From the NCBI GenBank assembly GCA_951406725.2, contig OX597841.1, forward strand, positions 6,262,001 through 6,326,000: 64,000 nt of DNA. Direction: 5' to 3'. A model generated the notes under the pieces. That model worked only from the letters and a program-made list of their open reading frames with translations, was not told where the DNA came from and did not search any database. Below are positions 38,435-51,735 of this stretch, in pieces. The stretch's first letter is position 1, and every line of letters starts with the position of its first letter. The position numbers and the translations under genes were made by a program. The stretch comes from Octopus vulgaris. Taxonomy: Eukaryota.

Positions 38435-38875
38435 GGATCTTTTCTGTTTGAACGAGAGTTTTTCTAGTGGTGTCATATGAAACTGTCACCCATAATTATG
38501 ACCCTAGTATCGATCTATCACATTTCAATCGGTTTTAGGGTTACGGTTAGTTAGGGTTAGGGTTAGGGTTAGGGGTGGGGGGGGAAGGGTATCTTTTTTT
38601 GTTCACAAATGTAAATAAACCCAATCTGTTTCTTAAACGAGGGACATATTCATACGGCACAGAAAGTTTTTTTAGCTCAATAGATGTCATTGATTGGTTG
38701 AAATTGCAGAAATTTAAGAAAAAAACAACAAATATCTTACAAACTATAGAATTTTCTCAATAAAGCCAAGAGAAAAAGATGTTTTATAAACACATTCTAC
38801 CAGTATACGAAGTTTAAAAGTGTTTAGTTACGTGGAAATTATTTTAAAAAACTGCCGTTCAAACCGAAAAGATCC
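38435..38875. mobile_element. MITE of the same family as 12864..13362, opposite orientation
   Basis: GGATCTTTTC TIRs; TATTTCTG at 38427-38434 and 38876-38883. Confidence 0.85.
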
Positions 38876-39173
38876 TATTTCTGAAACCAAATCAAGTTTG
38901 GCGGTGGTCAGTTGTAACCATAAACCAATTCTTTTTTCAAAAAAATATCTGAGGTCTAAATTCATAAGTAAGAGGTTTAAACGTTCAGATGCGCAGTGTG
39001 CGACATCAATAAACAGTGTTTAGTTCAATTTTAAGAGTGAAAATTATTTTGAAATTTAGTATGTTCGTAGAAAGCTGTGATATTCTTAGTAAAATTTACG
39101 TTAGGAAATACTTTTAGTTAATTATCTAAAAAGTTACAGTATATTTATTAAACCAATATCAATTTGTAATTAT

Positions 39174-39385
39174 CGTGACGTATATTTGCCATTTCAATAT
39201 GGCTAACCCCTAAGGGTGGATGCTACTGTAGTTTTTAGCCCCAGGAGGACACACTCCTCCAGCTGGCCATAGACACACTTTCTGTGCCCTATCAGTATTT
39301 GCAAAGGGAAGTCATCCTTCCCGTCTTCAACTTATGATACACACGGACTCGAGTTTCGAGGTATTGACCTCTCGTCAGCGTGTGA
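39174..39385 (-). mobile_element. 212-bp insertion beginning at a hammerhead motif (Penelope-like or retrozyme-like fragment)
   Basis: CAATTTGTAATTAT duplicated at 39160-39173 and 39386-39399; paralogous caspase flanks lack the insert. Confidence 0.75.
39340..39384 (-). ncRNA. Minimal type I hammerhead ribozyme
   Basis: Minus strand: CACACG CTGACGA GAGGT-CAAT-ACCTC GAA AC-TCGA-GT C CGTGTG; complete core, stems I and II, palindromic stem III, GUC cleavage triplet. Confidence 0.85.
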
Positions 39386-39619
39386 CAATTTGTAATTATA
39401 TTAACAATTATTTAGTTGGAAACATTACATTTATCTATTTATTAATTTCTGCTGTGGGAATAAAATGTGAAAATAGTGTTTTTTCTTTTTGTTGTAGATG
39501 TATGAATTCATAAAATATACTTCTCTTGCAACTGTAAATGCATAAGTTCCAAAAATATATTCTTTTAGTGTAATATTCACATCGAAAGGATATTCTCACC
39601 GTAAGAAGATATTCTCACG

Positions 39620-39850
39620 GTTCAATCTTTAGCTCTTTCAGTTATGTCATCATACGCTGGGGGTTTTGTTTCCAGCGATCTATTTCCGGATTACGACATC
39701 TGATATTCTGTATATTGATATACAAAAAGAAAATTCTGGCATTTTATATTCTGTATATGATATTAATGGATGTTTTTAGTGTCACTTCTGGTTTGAATCG
39801 CAGAACCATTCCATGTTTCGAAGATCAATTTACCTTCATTCTTATACGAC
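39620..39850 (-). pseudogene. Degenerate relic of a caspase small-subunit C-terminus
   Basis: Minus-strand translation RNPEIDRWKQNPQRMMT*LKELKIEP and [10 protein letters not shown] resemble DNPEYNGCKQMPQIMSTLRKEFKFEP and DETNGSCFMET. Confidence 0.6.
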
Positions 39851-39873
39851 GTTCAACGCGGGCTAGCATGTGT

Positions 39874-39940
<67 letters not shown>

Positions 39941-40250
39941 GCGTGTGTGTGCGTATGTGTGCATATGCGTGCATGTGTGTGCGTATGTGTGCGTGTGTGT
40001 GTGTGCGTGTGTGTGTGTGTGTGTGTCTGTGTGCGTGAGCGTATGTGTGCGTATGTGTGCATGTGTGTGCGTATGTGTGCATGTGTGTGCGTATGTGTGT
40101 GTGTGTGCATGTGTGTGCGTATGTGTGTGTGTGTGCATGTGTGTGCGTGTATGTGTGCGTATGTGTGTGTGTGTGTGTGTGTTTCTACATTACTGTGCAT
40201 ATGACTGTGTTTATGTATGTGTATATGTATGTTCTTGGAGTTGTGCGTAT

Positions 40251-41156
40251 TTATGTCGGCTTGCGCGGGCGCTTCTTTGAACTCCCATCCGTTTCCTCAA
40301 GTGGACTTCTGCTTCGCTTACGTGCTTTTGATGAAGCATTTCCCCTCCTCGGTTCAAACTTTAGCTGTTTGAGCAATGTCGACATAATCTGAGGCATTTG
40401 TTTCTCCGGTTCGGGATTGCGTTTAGTTTTGAATTCTTCAGAAGCAACATAGTAAGAGACAGCGGTTAAAAGTGTCAGGAGTTCACGTTCAGTGCCAAAT
40501 TCACTCAAAGCTTTACTTAATGTTTCCATAAAACACGAACCATTCGTTTCATCCCTGAAAGACGAATATTTATTATAGGAGGAATGAAAAACCAACAGAT
40601 CAGGCATAATTGGAATATTGGATAGCGTTTCATTCACTTCTGTTTCAGGGCCATCAGTTACACAGACTCCTTTATCAATCTCTTCTCCACGACATGCTTG
40701 AACAAAAATTAATTTGGGTACTCCACTTAAAGATGGACATTTAACGGGTGTCAGGCAAGAAAGCAAAGCATACAGTCCAACATCGCGGTCGTATGCACGT
40801 AACTGATCGTTTTCCCCACCATGGCTCATAATTGCACAAACAAAGCAACCAACTGGATTACGAGTTCCAACATTTTTGAAAGCATTGAGCACTTCATCGG
40901 CTGTGTTATCTTCAAAAACTGTGACATCCCGTTCAGAAAATCCAAGTTTTATTAATGCCGCTTTAAAAGCTTTTGTATCTTTTGATGAGCCTTCACGATA
41001 TAGAGAATGTTTGTTGAAATTTTCGTGGTTGAAGATGTAGGCTACAAGTCGCTTTTTATCATCCATATCATATTTAGGGAAACATTTACTAAGATCTTCC
41101 TTAGTTGGTGAATGGGGCTGATCGCTTGTCCCAACGTTTTCACCTCCATCTGCCAT
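40251..41156 (-). CDS. Caspase D: canonical SHG/QACRG effector-like caspase with basic C-terminal extension; intronless
   Basis: YREGSSKD, CFVCAIMSHG, PKLIFVQACRG, YSSFRDETNGS; ATG in ACCATGG context at 41156. Confidence 0.93.
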   Translation of the reverse strand: MADGGENVGTSDQPHSPTKEDLSKCFPKYDMDDKKRLVAYIFNHENFNKHSLYREGSSKDTKAFKAALIKLGFSERDVTVFEDNTADEVLNAFKNVGTRNPVGCFVCAIMSHGGENDQLRAYDRDVGLYALLSCLTPVKCPSLSGVPKLIFVQACRGEEIDKGVCVTDGPETEVNETLSNIPIMPDLLVFHSSYNKYSSFRDETNGSCFMETLSKALSEFGTERELLTLLTAVSYYVASEEFKTKRNPEPEKQMPQIMSTLLKQLKFEPRRGNASSKARKRSRSPLEETDGSSKKRPRKPT

Positions 41157-41645
41157 GGTTGTCAATGTAAGAATGTGATGAGCAGAACCTGGTTCCGTTT
41201 ATTATATATTATTTCTGTCCTCTCAGATTGCTATCAATGCGCATGCGTTAACGAAATCCAACTCCTCGCTTCCAACTCAAAATATACAAATGCATCAGAA
41301 ATTCTCACCGTAATAATCTGCGTTTCTATTTAAGGACTCCACACCTTAAGGGGTTACACGAAAAAATATCTGAGGGCTGAACTCATAGGCGAGAGGGTTA
41401 AACGTTCAGATGCACGGTGTTCGATGATATTGATAGAATGTCTTTCTTCCCTTATTTGGCATTTAAAATTTCGGCAATGTTTCGTTGATGGTTTAAATCT
41501 TCGGCAATTTCCGTAAGGAAATTTTTATTTCTTTATTTTATTTACGTCATTTTGTAGGCGACATTTGCTTGGAAATCGTTGAGGGAGGGGAAAAGTGAAC
41601 CACACCGAAGAGTGCGTGCGCAACCATTCACACACACACACGCAG

Positions 41646-41699
<54 letters not shown>

Positions 41700-42099
41700 A
41701 TACGTACACACACATACACACACACGTACACATACAACCACTGACTTTTGTTGTGGATGAGTTGAATATTGAAACCCTCGCTCGCAGAATGCATGAATGT
41801 ATTTAGGTGTATATGCGAGAAAATGGCTGTGAATGTGTGTGTATGTGTGTGTGTGTGTGTGTGTATGTGTGTGTGTGTGTGTGTGAATACAAATACATAA
41901 AACAGAACACGCTTGGGCACATGCATAATGTTACACACACACATACACACACACACACACTTACACACACACACACACACACACACACTTACACACACAC
42001 TTACACACACACACACATAGACACGCCCGCGGGCAAAATATTTTTGCATTTTTACTCGTCAATGGCCGGAATTTTGAGCTTCAAAATACGGTGCCATCA

Positions 42100-43150
42100 A
42101 TTGCGCCGCCGGGACCTCTCCTTTCAGGGTCCTGAGGGAGATTCCAGAGTTCTACACATCTATCTCCAGCTCATCCCCCTGGCCACCACGGCTTCACCTG
42201 CCCTGATGCCTTTTACCATAAAACAAAATCTGCCTTACGTAAACTTTCACTCTTCCTACTGCAAACATGTCATGCCCAGCCGAGACGCAATAAGGTGAAG
42301 AGGGCCTTCATACTAACCGCGACAGTGTAGCGCAGGGCCTCCACATTAGGGCTCAGGTCAGGGCTTTGATATGTCGGTGATCAAGAGCAGCGCATTCCGT
42401 TGAATAGTTGAGGCAAGTGAGCACTACACCATTTTACAATTTCGTTTGCATTTTGTGGTCAGTGCCAAGGAATCTCCGGAGATGCTTCTCAAAGGAGGCA
42501 AAAGCCTTTCTGGCAGACTGTATTCACCACTTAACTTCCAAGTCAGAAATGTTAATACAAGTCAAAGCACTGTCCAGGGATAAAGCCCTCATGTGTACTT
42601 CAAAGGCTCCCCGTCTACTGTCAATGGCTCTGGAGCCCTCGATATAATATGGCAACTTGGTGGAATCTGGTAGAACGCTGAATTGTCTGCCGAGGGCAAA
42701 ACCCTGACACGCATTTCCCTGATTTTGGTGTAAGTTCGAAGTCGATCCTGGCTGAAGGGCTTCCCATCTATTCTAGTACGGTTTAAATCGCCCTTTTGCT
42801 AGTTGACCATCATGGTGCAAGCACATCTGGACGCAAACATACAAGAAAGCTTGGATAACACGCACCACTGCTTCTCACCGTGGTTGACTGCAAACGATTC
42901 CCTAAATGTCCGCCAACCAAGGCGAATCCTTCCGTCCCCGCGATGTCAACAACCTTCTCCAGCACTTACTAAAGTATTTCTCCCATAACTGTGTCTGTGT
43001 GAAGATTGTGTCCATCGTTCAACTCCCTCACCTGGTGCCACATTGATTCTCTGGTAAGACCTGCTCTGAGATGTCTTTTCAGCCGGTTGAGAATGATCTT
43101 CGTCAACAGCACGCCAGTAATGGCCTCATCTCCATGCAATCATCTCAAAT
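42100..43150 (-). mobile_element. Decayed RTE-clade LINE reverse-transcriptase fragment
   Basis: Minus-strand translation TRIDGKPFSQDRLRTYTKIREMRVRVLPSAD and IQSARKAFASFEK...QTKL*NGVVLTCLNYSTEC; boundaries approximate. Confidence 0.6.
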
Positions 43151-43179
43151 CCCCGCTCAATCTCAATTTTCGCTTTTAT

Positions 43180-43470
43180 CTAATTTTTATTCGTGTCCCA
43201 TACGGGTCCACAAGATTTCTACATACACCACTCCGTGGGTTTATAAAGGTACGAGAGTATTTCACAATGGCGTCAATAAAGACAAGTGTTTGGAAATTGT
43301 GGTAACTGGCTCACTCGTCTGTAAATATATTGGACCCCAGTTCTACACTTTCCATTACGAACGCCTCGGCTGTGTCCAGCATCCAGTCTGGAACCTGTTG
43401 CAGCCTTCCTATCTTCTCAGAGCTCTCGTGTAAATCAACTCCCCGGAAAACACTGATAAACAGCACTAAA
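43180..43470 (-). mobile_element. Decayed Merlin/IS1595(ISXO2)-type DDE transposase fragment (related copies ~47900-48096 + and ~59444-59640 -)
   Basis: Translation VFRGVD...QVPDWMLDTAEAFVMESVELGSNIFTDE*ASYHNF...VKYSRTFINPRSGVCRNLVD resembles my recollection of the Merlin core (VFGGV..VPDR..PGS.I.TD.W..Y...VNHS..FVDP.TG.HTN.IE). Confidence 0.6.
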
Positions 43471-44940
43471 TGCTTTCTAAGATGGCGTCGTCCACGGTGA
43501 TGATGCAGACGACAATGACATCATATATTGTACGTATGACATTTCAGCATTTCTTTAGTGCCACTTAGCTTTGTATTTCAAAACAGTTTCATTTTCCAAG
43601 GACAATTTACTTTCCCTGTAAAAATGACGGTCAATTGCATGATAAACGCGATCGTACATGTGTATGTGTTGTGTGTGGAAGTGTGTGTGTGTGTGTGTGT
43701 GCTTGGTTATGTGTTTGTGTGAAACCTGTTTGGTTTTCTTAAGTGGGATCGTGCTGGGATGGGTCTGGCCAGGGATTAAACTTGGAGTATTTTGCTGGGA
43801 TTAATCCAATGACTTAAAAGTAACATGTGGTTATGCCGCAGAAAAACGATTTTCCCTTCATTTAGCTGTTATTTCTAGCATGTTGAATTTTCTTTGAGGG
43901 GTCCATATTTTACATCTTCTGTTCGGGCGAAATCTACGCGGGCGCAAAGACACATGTTCAATATGTACAACATTCGGAATTTCTTAGTTTTTGTAAGAAG
44001 AAAAATGTAGGAGGAATGACATTGGATCTTTCTTTCTGAAAGTTTAAAATTGAAAAAATCTATCTTTCACATTCGAAATCTCCGTTGATTAAGCAAAAAA
44101 GTAAAATAAAAAACTGTTACCCCAAATCATAATCCTCGATAACAAAAAAATAGGAATGCCTGAGATATTTTTGTAAAATAGAGAGGGTTGAGATAGCGCC
44201 GAACAGCGCCGATATTTGAATCAAAAAAGGGTCACACGAAAATATATCTGAAGGCTGCCCTCATAGGTAAGAGGGTTAAACGGTCAGATGCACGGTGCAA
44301 AATATCCGTAAAGAGTCTTTCTTTCAGTATTTGGAATTTAAAAATTCGGCAATGTTTCGTTGAGGGTCTAAATCTTCGGTAATTTCCGTCACGAAGTTTT
44401 ATATATTTACTTTCTCGTTTCATGTCGTGTTGAAGGTGACATTTGCTTCGAAATCAGTGAGGGGGTGAAAGGTGGAATAGAATGGAGGGCGCGTGCGCAA
44501 TCGTACACAGATAGACACACGCACATACACACACACACACAAACACACACACACAGATCCTTTGAAATTTAGAATTTAACTATAAGGCACAGGTGTTCTT
44601 AATAAAGGCACAGGTGTTCTTAATAAATTTCATGCTGAGAAATACTTTTAGTTAAGTATCACGTTCATGATCATTTTAGCAATTATTTAGCTGAAAATAT
44701 TACATTTATCTATTTATCAATTTATGCTGTTGGTGTTACCTGTGGAAATAGTCATGTTATATATATGTATATATATATATGTATATATATATGTATCGAA
44801 ATCTGCGATGAGGAATCGGTTTCTGACTGAAGAACGAAGGCTTTGAATAACCCGTCTGTCTCTTATGTTCGTCCCTTCGTGTATTTCACGTTATTTATTT
44901 ATGTAAAGGTTTATTATATATATATCTATATCTATATCTA

Positions 44941-45007
<67 letters not shown>

Positions 45008-45012
45008 GTATG

Positions 45013-45106
<94 letters not shown>

Positions 45107-45253
45107 ATACATGAGGTTTTAAAATCTACTCCGTTGCATCTCTGGATGTGTGTGTTTCTAAACCATATTCTTTTCGTACAATATGCAGATGCGTCAGAAA
45201 TTCTCACCGTAAGAAGTTCCATATCTATTTAAGGGTCCCACACCAGAAATATT

Positions 45254-45752
45254 TTACTTCCTCTCTCAAAATTTTAGGTTTTTGAGCAAGGTTGATATAA
45301 TCTGAGGCATTCGCTTACAGCCATTATATTTTGAATTGGAATTCAAAAGAGGCAAGATAGTTTTAATCCGGATCTACCAGCATCGATTTCTTAATCTCAC
45401 GACCAGCTTGACTAAAGATTAATTTAATTATTCCCTATAATGATGGACAGCAATCGAGTCCCGGGCAAGAAAGCAACGCATCTAGCTTCACTTCATCGTC
45501 GTATCCATATATAACATCGTTTTCTTCCCCATGATACAGAATTGCACAAATAAAGCAATCAATAGTGATAACAGGATTATCTTCCTCAAATTCTTTCATC
45601 AAAAGACGAGGATTTAAAAGAGGACCTCAGCTTTTATACAGATGTAACAGTCGAACAAATGTTTGACTTCTGAATCTGTATAAAATCTGAGGTCATCATC
45701 TTGAAATCACGATTTTCTCAAGCCCTTTGAACATCTCCGTCTTTTGATGAAA
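45254..45752 (-). pseudogene. Truncated caspase pseudogene (left arm)
   Basis: Remnants SSKD, CFICAILYHG, LIFSQAGRE (Cys to Gly), MPQIISTLLK; stops, frameshifts and deletions. Confidence 0.85.
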
Positions 45753-48635
45753 GAATTTGAGCAAGATAATCTTGAAATCGTTTTTGATTGCTTTATTTGT
45801 GCAATTCCGCGATACACGAAGGACAGACGTAAAAGCTAATACATGGTATTATTTCGTTGTCATTTCAGAGATTATCCTCCAGAGATTATCCTCCGGAGTG
45901 AAACAAATACCCAAAGAATTGAAGAAACGTTACGCAATGATGCCCAGAAAGTACAATGCAGTGAGAAAACAAAGTAAAACAATTTCTGTTTCGCAGACAA
46001 TGTTTTACTAATCCAGCGATGTATGAGAGCACAGGAATAATATAACCTACATATTGATTTTCGTTAAATAAATATCCCCTAACATTTTAAGGTGCTGCTT
46101 CACTAAAACTATTTCCTCCCGTAAATTTTACTAAAGAACACCAGTGACTTATAGGTCCATTCTAAATTACAAAATAATCCTACATTCTGAAAATTGAACC
46201 AACATTGTTTTATATACAACTAAATATGAACAATATTAATATCTAGGCTATTTTATATATTTTTTTCAATTATTCTGCTATTCTTGTTAAATTCTTGTGG
46301 ATAATCTCCTAATAAAATTTCTCTCTTATAAATGTGAAGTCTCTGAATTGCCAATGAAATATCAAAATGTATCAGCTTTTTCGTTAGTTCTTAATTTATT
46401 TAGATATGTAAAGTGTGAATGAAAACTTCTGTAAATTTCTTTGCCTGCAGCGCAATGTTTCCATTATGGGTTCAATCTTGTCTTTATCTTGCGTCTAATT
46501 GCTCGACAATTTCCGTAAGTAGTTCGTTATGGAAATTGCCGACAACTGAAGGAAAGGCATTTTATCTTTTTCGGACACCTCGCATCTGAACGTTTAACCA
46601 TCTTACTTATGAGTTCAGCCTCCGGATATGTTTTTATGAAATCCTTTCTCTTTCAAATTTCGGCGGGTTTACCCTAACCCCAAATCCATATTCCTTTTCA
46701 TTTATTTCTTACTCTTTCCGATGTTTTAGTTATGGAAGATTACGATTTTGCCAAAAAAAGAAAAACAAAAAGAAATTTTCCAAAATAAAAATTTCTTTCC
46801 CACCCAAAAGTTTTTTTTATTTTACAATTTTTTAAAGAGGGGTTTTGTTTAAACTACGTCTACAGACACGGAGATAGAATCCGGAAGATTTATTCTTTTA
46901 GTTTCAAACTTCCAGAAAAAAGACCCTAAGTTGCTTCTCATATAATTTCCTTCTTTCCAAAAGTAGAAAACTCCTTTTATTAGACGGATTGGATGTGTTG
47001 CTTTGCGCCTGCGTAGAAGTAAAGTACGAACGTAGAAGAAATGTGGAAGCAAAATATGAATCCCTCACTGGAAATGTGGATATGGAAGAAATAAAAGCTG
47101 AAAATATTGTTTCTTCGCCTTAAATACACCTTTTTTAAAAATTCATTCGATTAATTTCGGCAAAGATCTCCAAATCCCTCCCAGGAGAATTCGACTTAAG
47201 AAAACTACGAAGATTTCATACAAACACAAACACACACGCCACACGCACACACTCATACATACACACACAGGCATACACACTCACGCACACACACAAACAC
47301 ACACACCACATGCACACACTCATATATACACACAAACACACACACCACACGCACACACTCATATATACACACACAGGCATACACACTCACGCACACACAC
47401 AAACACACACACCACACGCACACACTCATACATACACACACAGGCATACACACTCACGCACACACACAAACACACACCACACGCACACACTCATATATAC
47501 ACACACAGGCATACACACTCACGCACACACCACACACACACACTTATATATACACACACAGGCATACACACTCACGCACACACCACACGCACACACTTAT
47601 ATATACACACAGAGGAATACACACTCACTCACACACACAAACACACACACCACACGCACACACTCATACATACACACACAGGCATACACACTCACACACA
47701 CATACACACACACACAGACATTCATTCACAACACCCTTATATACGAGAGCAGTTTAACATACACTTGACCGTCATTTTACATTGAAATTGATTTGTCCTT
47801 GGAAACCGAAACTGCGTTGCGATTACAAAGTTGAAGTGGTCCCAAACACATCCTGTAATGTCATAAACCCAATGGATGATGTCAGTTCGAAGTGTTTCCT
47901 CAGTGTTATCCGGGGAATCGATTTACAGGAGAACACTCAGACGATAGAGGACATGCAACAAGTTCCGGACAGAATGGTAGAGCAAATTGTGGCTTTCATA
48001 ATGGAACGTGTGTGTTCTGGGGCCCATTATATTTACAGAGAAGTGCACCAGTTACTATATAATCTCCAAAGGCATCGCTTTATTCAGGCCACTTGAAGTA
48101 CTTTGATGGGGTTAATACAATGAATTAAAATTAAAATAATTTAAGAGAGAATTTATTTCGATATAGAATTTCAGTTTTTGCTTTCGTAGGAAATCTGTTT
48201 TTGTTTTATTTCGCAAATACTCGCGCGTACACTCACACTTAGCCGGAAGACAGACAGACAGACAGACATACACACGAACATACATGTATGTGTGTATGTA
48301 TGTGTGTGTGTATGTATGTATGCATGTATGTATGTATGTATGTATGTATGTATGTATGTATGTATGTATGTATGTATGTTTGTATGCATGTATGTATGTA
48401 TGTATGTTTGTATGTATGTATGTATGTATGTTTGTATGTATGTATGTATGTATGTCTGTATGTATGGAAGAAAAAACTATTTCCACAGGTAACACCAACA
48501 GCATAAATTGATAAATAGATAAATGTAATATTTTCAGCTAAATAATTGCTAATATGATTACAAATTGATATTGGTTTAATAAATATCCTCTAATTTTGCA
48601 AGATGCCTAACTAAACCCATTTCCTAGCATGAATT

Positions 48636-49322
48636 TTATTAAGAACACCTGTGCTTTTTTTAAAAACACCCCTGCCTTTATTAAGAACACCTGTGTCTTT
48701 ATTAAGAACACCTGTGTCTTTATTAAGAACAGATGTGCCTTTATTAAGAACAAACGTGCCTTTATTAAGAACACCTGTGTCCTTATTAAGAACACCTGTG
48801 TCTTTATTAAGAACACCTGTGTCTTTATTAAGAACAGATGTGCCTTTATTAAGAACAAACGTGCCTTTATTAAGAACACCTGTGTCCTTATTAAGAACAC
48901 CTGTGTCTTTATTAAGAACACCTGTGTCCTTATTAAGAACACCTGTGTCTTTATTAAGAACATCTGCATCTTTATTAAGAACACCTGTGCCTTTATTAAG
49001 AACACCCGTGTCTTTATAAAGAACAAATGTGCCTTTATTAAGAACACCTGTGCCTTTATTAAGAACACCTCTGCATTTATTAAGAACACCTCTGCATTTA
49101 TTAAGAACACCCGTGTCCTTATTAAGAACACCTGTGCCTTTATTAAGAACATCTGTGTCTTTATTAAGAACAAATGTGCCTTTATTAAGAACACCTGTGT
49201 CCTTATTAAGAACACCTGTGTCTTTATTAAGAACACCTGTGTCCTTATTAAGAACACCTGTGTCTTTATTAAGAACATCTGCATCTTTATTAAGAACACC
49301 TCTGCATTTATTAAGAACACCA
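48636..49322. repeat. 21-bp minisatellite, ~33 units (TTATTAAGAACACCTGTGYCT)
   Basis: Direct tandem periodicity. Confidence 0.95.
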
Positions 49323-49699
49323 GTTATATTCTAAATTTCAAAATAATTCTTCACTCTGAAACTTGAACTAACAATTAAACAAGTCCAGAAGTTAGGTTAA
49401 ATATATATACAAGTAGAAGTACCATGAATTCCCTTTCTATAAACTGGCAAACAGTTCTGTGAATGCTTCACCGGCCAACGCCGGGTATTAAGTCTAGTAT
49501 GCAACTAAATGCGTACAATATTAATATGGATACTTTCGTAAATCGCTGGATTCGTAAAACATTGTCTGCGAAAGAGAAATTGATTTATTTTTCTTTTCTC
49601 ACAGCATTGTATTATGTCAGCAGCATTCCGTAAAGTTCTTTTTTTTTTTCAGTTCTCCTGCTATTTTTTTACTCTCCTGGAAAATCTCTCAATGATATT

Positions 49700-49957
49700 T
49701 TAGTTAGTTAGTTAATTTTTTGGCTCAAAAAGCAAAAAAGCAAGGCCATGTAGGGGGACATGGAGTTATGTACAGGGTGGTGTTCATGCAAAGAGTTCAG
49801 GCCATTTCTGGTCAAGGGAGGCTTTGAACCGAGCGGTCGTCGGCATCTTCACTATCTCGTCCGGCAGCTTATTCCACGGATCCGCAACCCGGACGGAGAA
49901 AGCCCCTCTCCTTCGATTCAGATGAAATCATCGCAGATAGAGCTGTTTGTCTGTTAT
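49700..49957 (-). mobile_element. CR1-like LINE 3' end with (AACT)n tail (mirror copy ~56935-57190 +)
   Basis: Translation AFSVRVADPWNKLPDEIVKMPTTARFKASLD. Confidence 0.7.
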
Positions 49958-50369
49958 TAACACAAAGTCCCTGAAATGATGACGAAATAATAAAATGTAT
50001 CAGCTTTTATGTTAGTTTTTATGGTCTTAAAATATTTCAAGCTTGAAGAATGGCTCTCATGTATTTCCGTTCGACTGCAACGCCATCTTTCGATGACGTT
50101 TTCAATCTTGTGATTTCCGTATTGTTTTCTTGCAGCTGATTGTTCGGCAATTTCCGTAAGTAATTTCTATTCATTTTCCATCATTTCATGTCCTGTTCAA
50201 TTCGAGTTTGCTTTGATGTCGGTGAGGGAGGCAAAATGAGATATTGAGGCTAGCAATCACTACACGTATATACTCACACACACACACGATCAAACACACG
50301 TACACACGTACACACACACACGTGCACTTGTATCACACACTCGTTACGTGTATATGAAATATAATTGGT

Positions 50370-51086
<717 letters not shown>

Positions 51087-51089
51087 ATG

Positions 51090-51145
<56 letters not shown>

Positions 51146-51216
51146 CGTGTGTGTGTGTGTTTGTTTGTGTGTTTGTGTGTGTGCGTGTGTGTGTGTGTTT
51201 GTGTGTTTCTGTGTGC

Positions 51217-51247
<31 letters not shown>

Positions 51248-51268
51248 CGTGCGTGTGTGTGTTTGTTT

Positions 51269-51307
<39 letters not shown>

Positions 51308-51415
51308 TTTGTGTGTGTGCGTGTGTGTGTGTGTGCGTGTGTGTGTTTGTTTGTGTGTGTGCGTGTGTGTGTGTGTGTGTTTGTGCGTGTGTGTGTATGT
51401 GCGCGCGCGCGCACG

Positions 51416-51464
<49 letters not shown>

Positions 51465-51735
51465 GTGACCGGAATGTAACGGCCGAAAACAAATAATCTC
51501 ATTACACAAAGAACTAAAGTTTGAACCGAGGAGCTATGATATTTCAGATGTAATAACCTCAAGTGAACATGGATCTTCTGACGGTGACAATTTCTGATTC
51601 ATGCGCACATCTTGAGTTGAAAGCCAGGGGTCGGATTTCGTTAACGCATGCGCATTGATAGCAATCTGAGAGGACTGAAAGAATATATAATACACGGAAC
51701 TAAGTTCAGCTCATCACATTCTTACATTGACTACC

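Noticed and set aside
38545-38575. TTAGGG/CCCTAA repeats (also ~210 and ~13240)
   Set aside because: Only a few units, internal to MITEs; not telomeric arrays.
39825-40280. Many ORFs of HT/CV/YI/MYVC repeats across the window
   Set aside because: Translations of (CA)n, (TA)n and (TACA)n microsatellites.
48607-49366. Long ORFs (237-378 aa, FLIKTQV / LLRTPVS repeats) here and at 57553-58755, and a superficially CRISPR-like periodicity
   Set aside because: A 21-bp unit lacking stops in some frames gives ORFs automatically; there are no unique spacers and no cas genes, and the context is eukaryotic.
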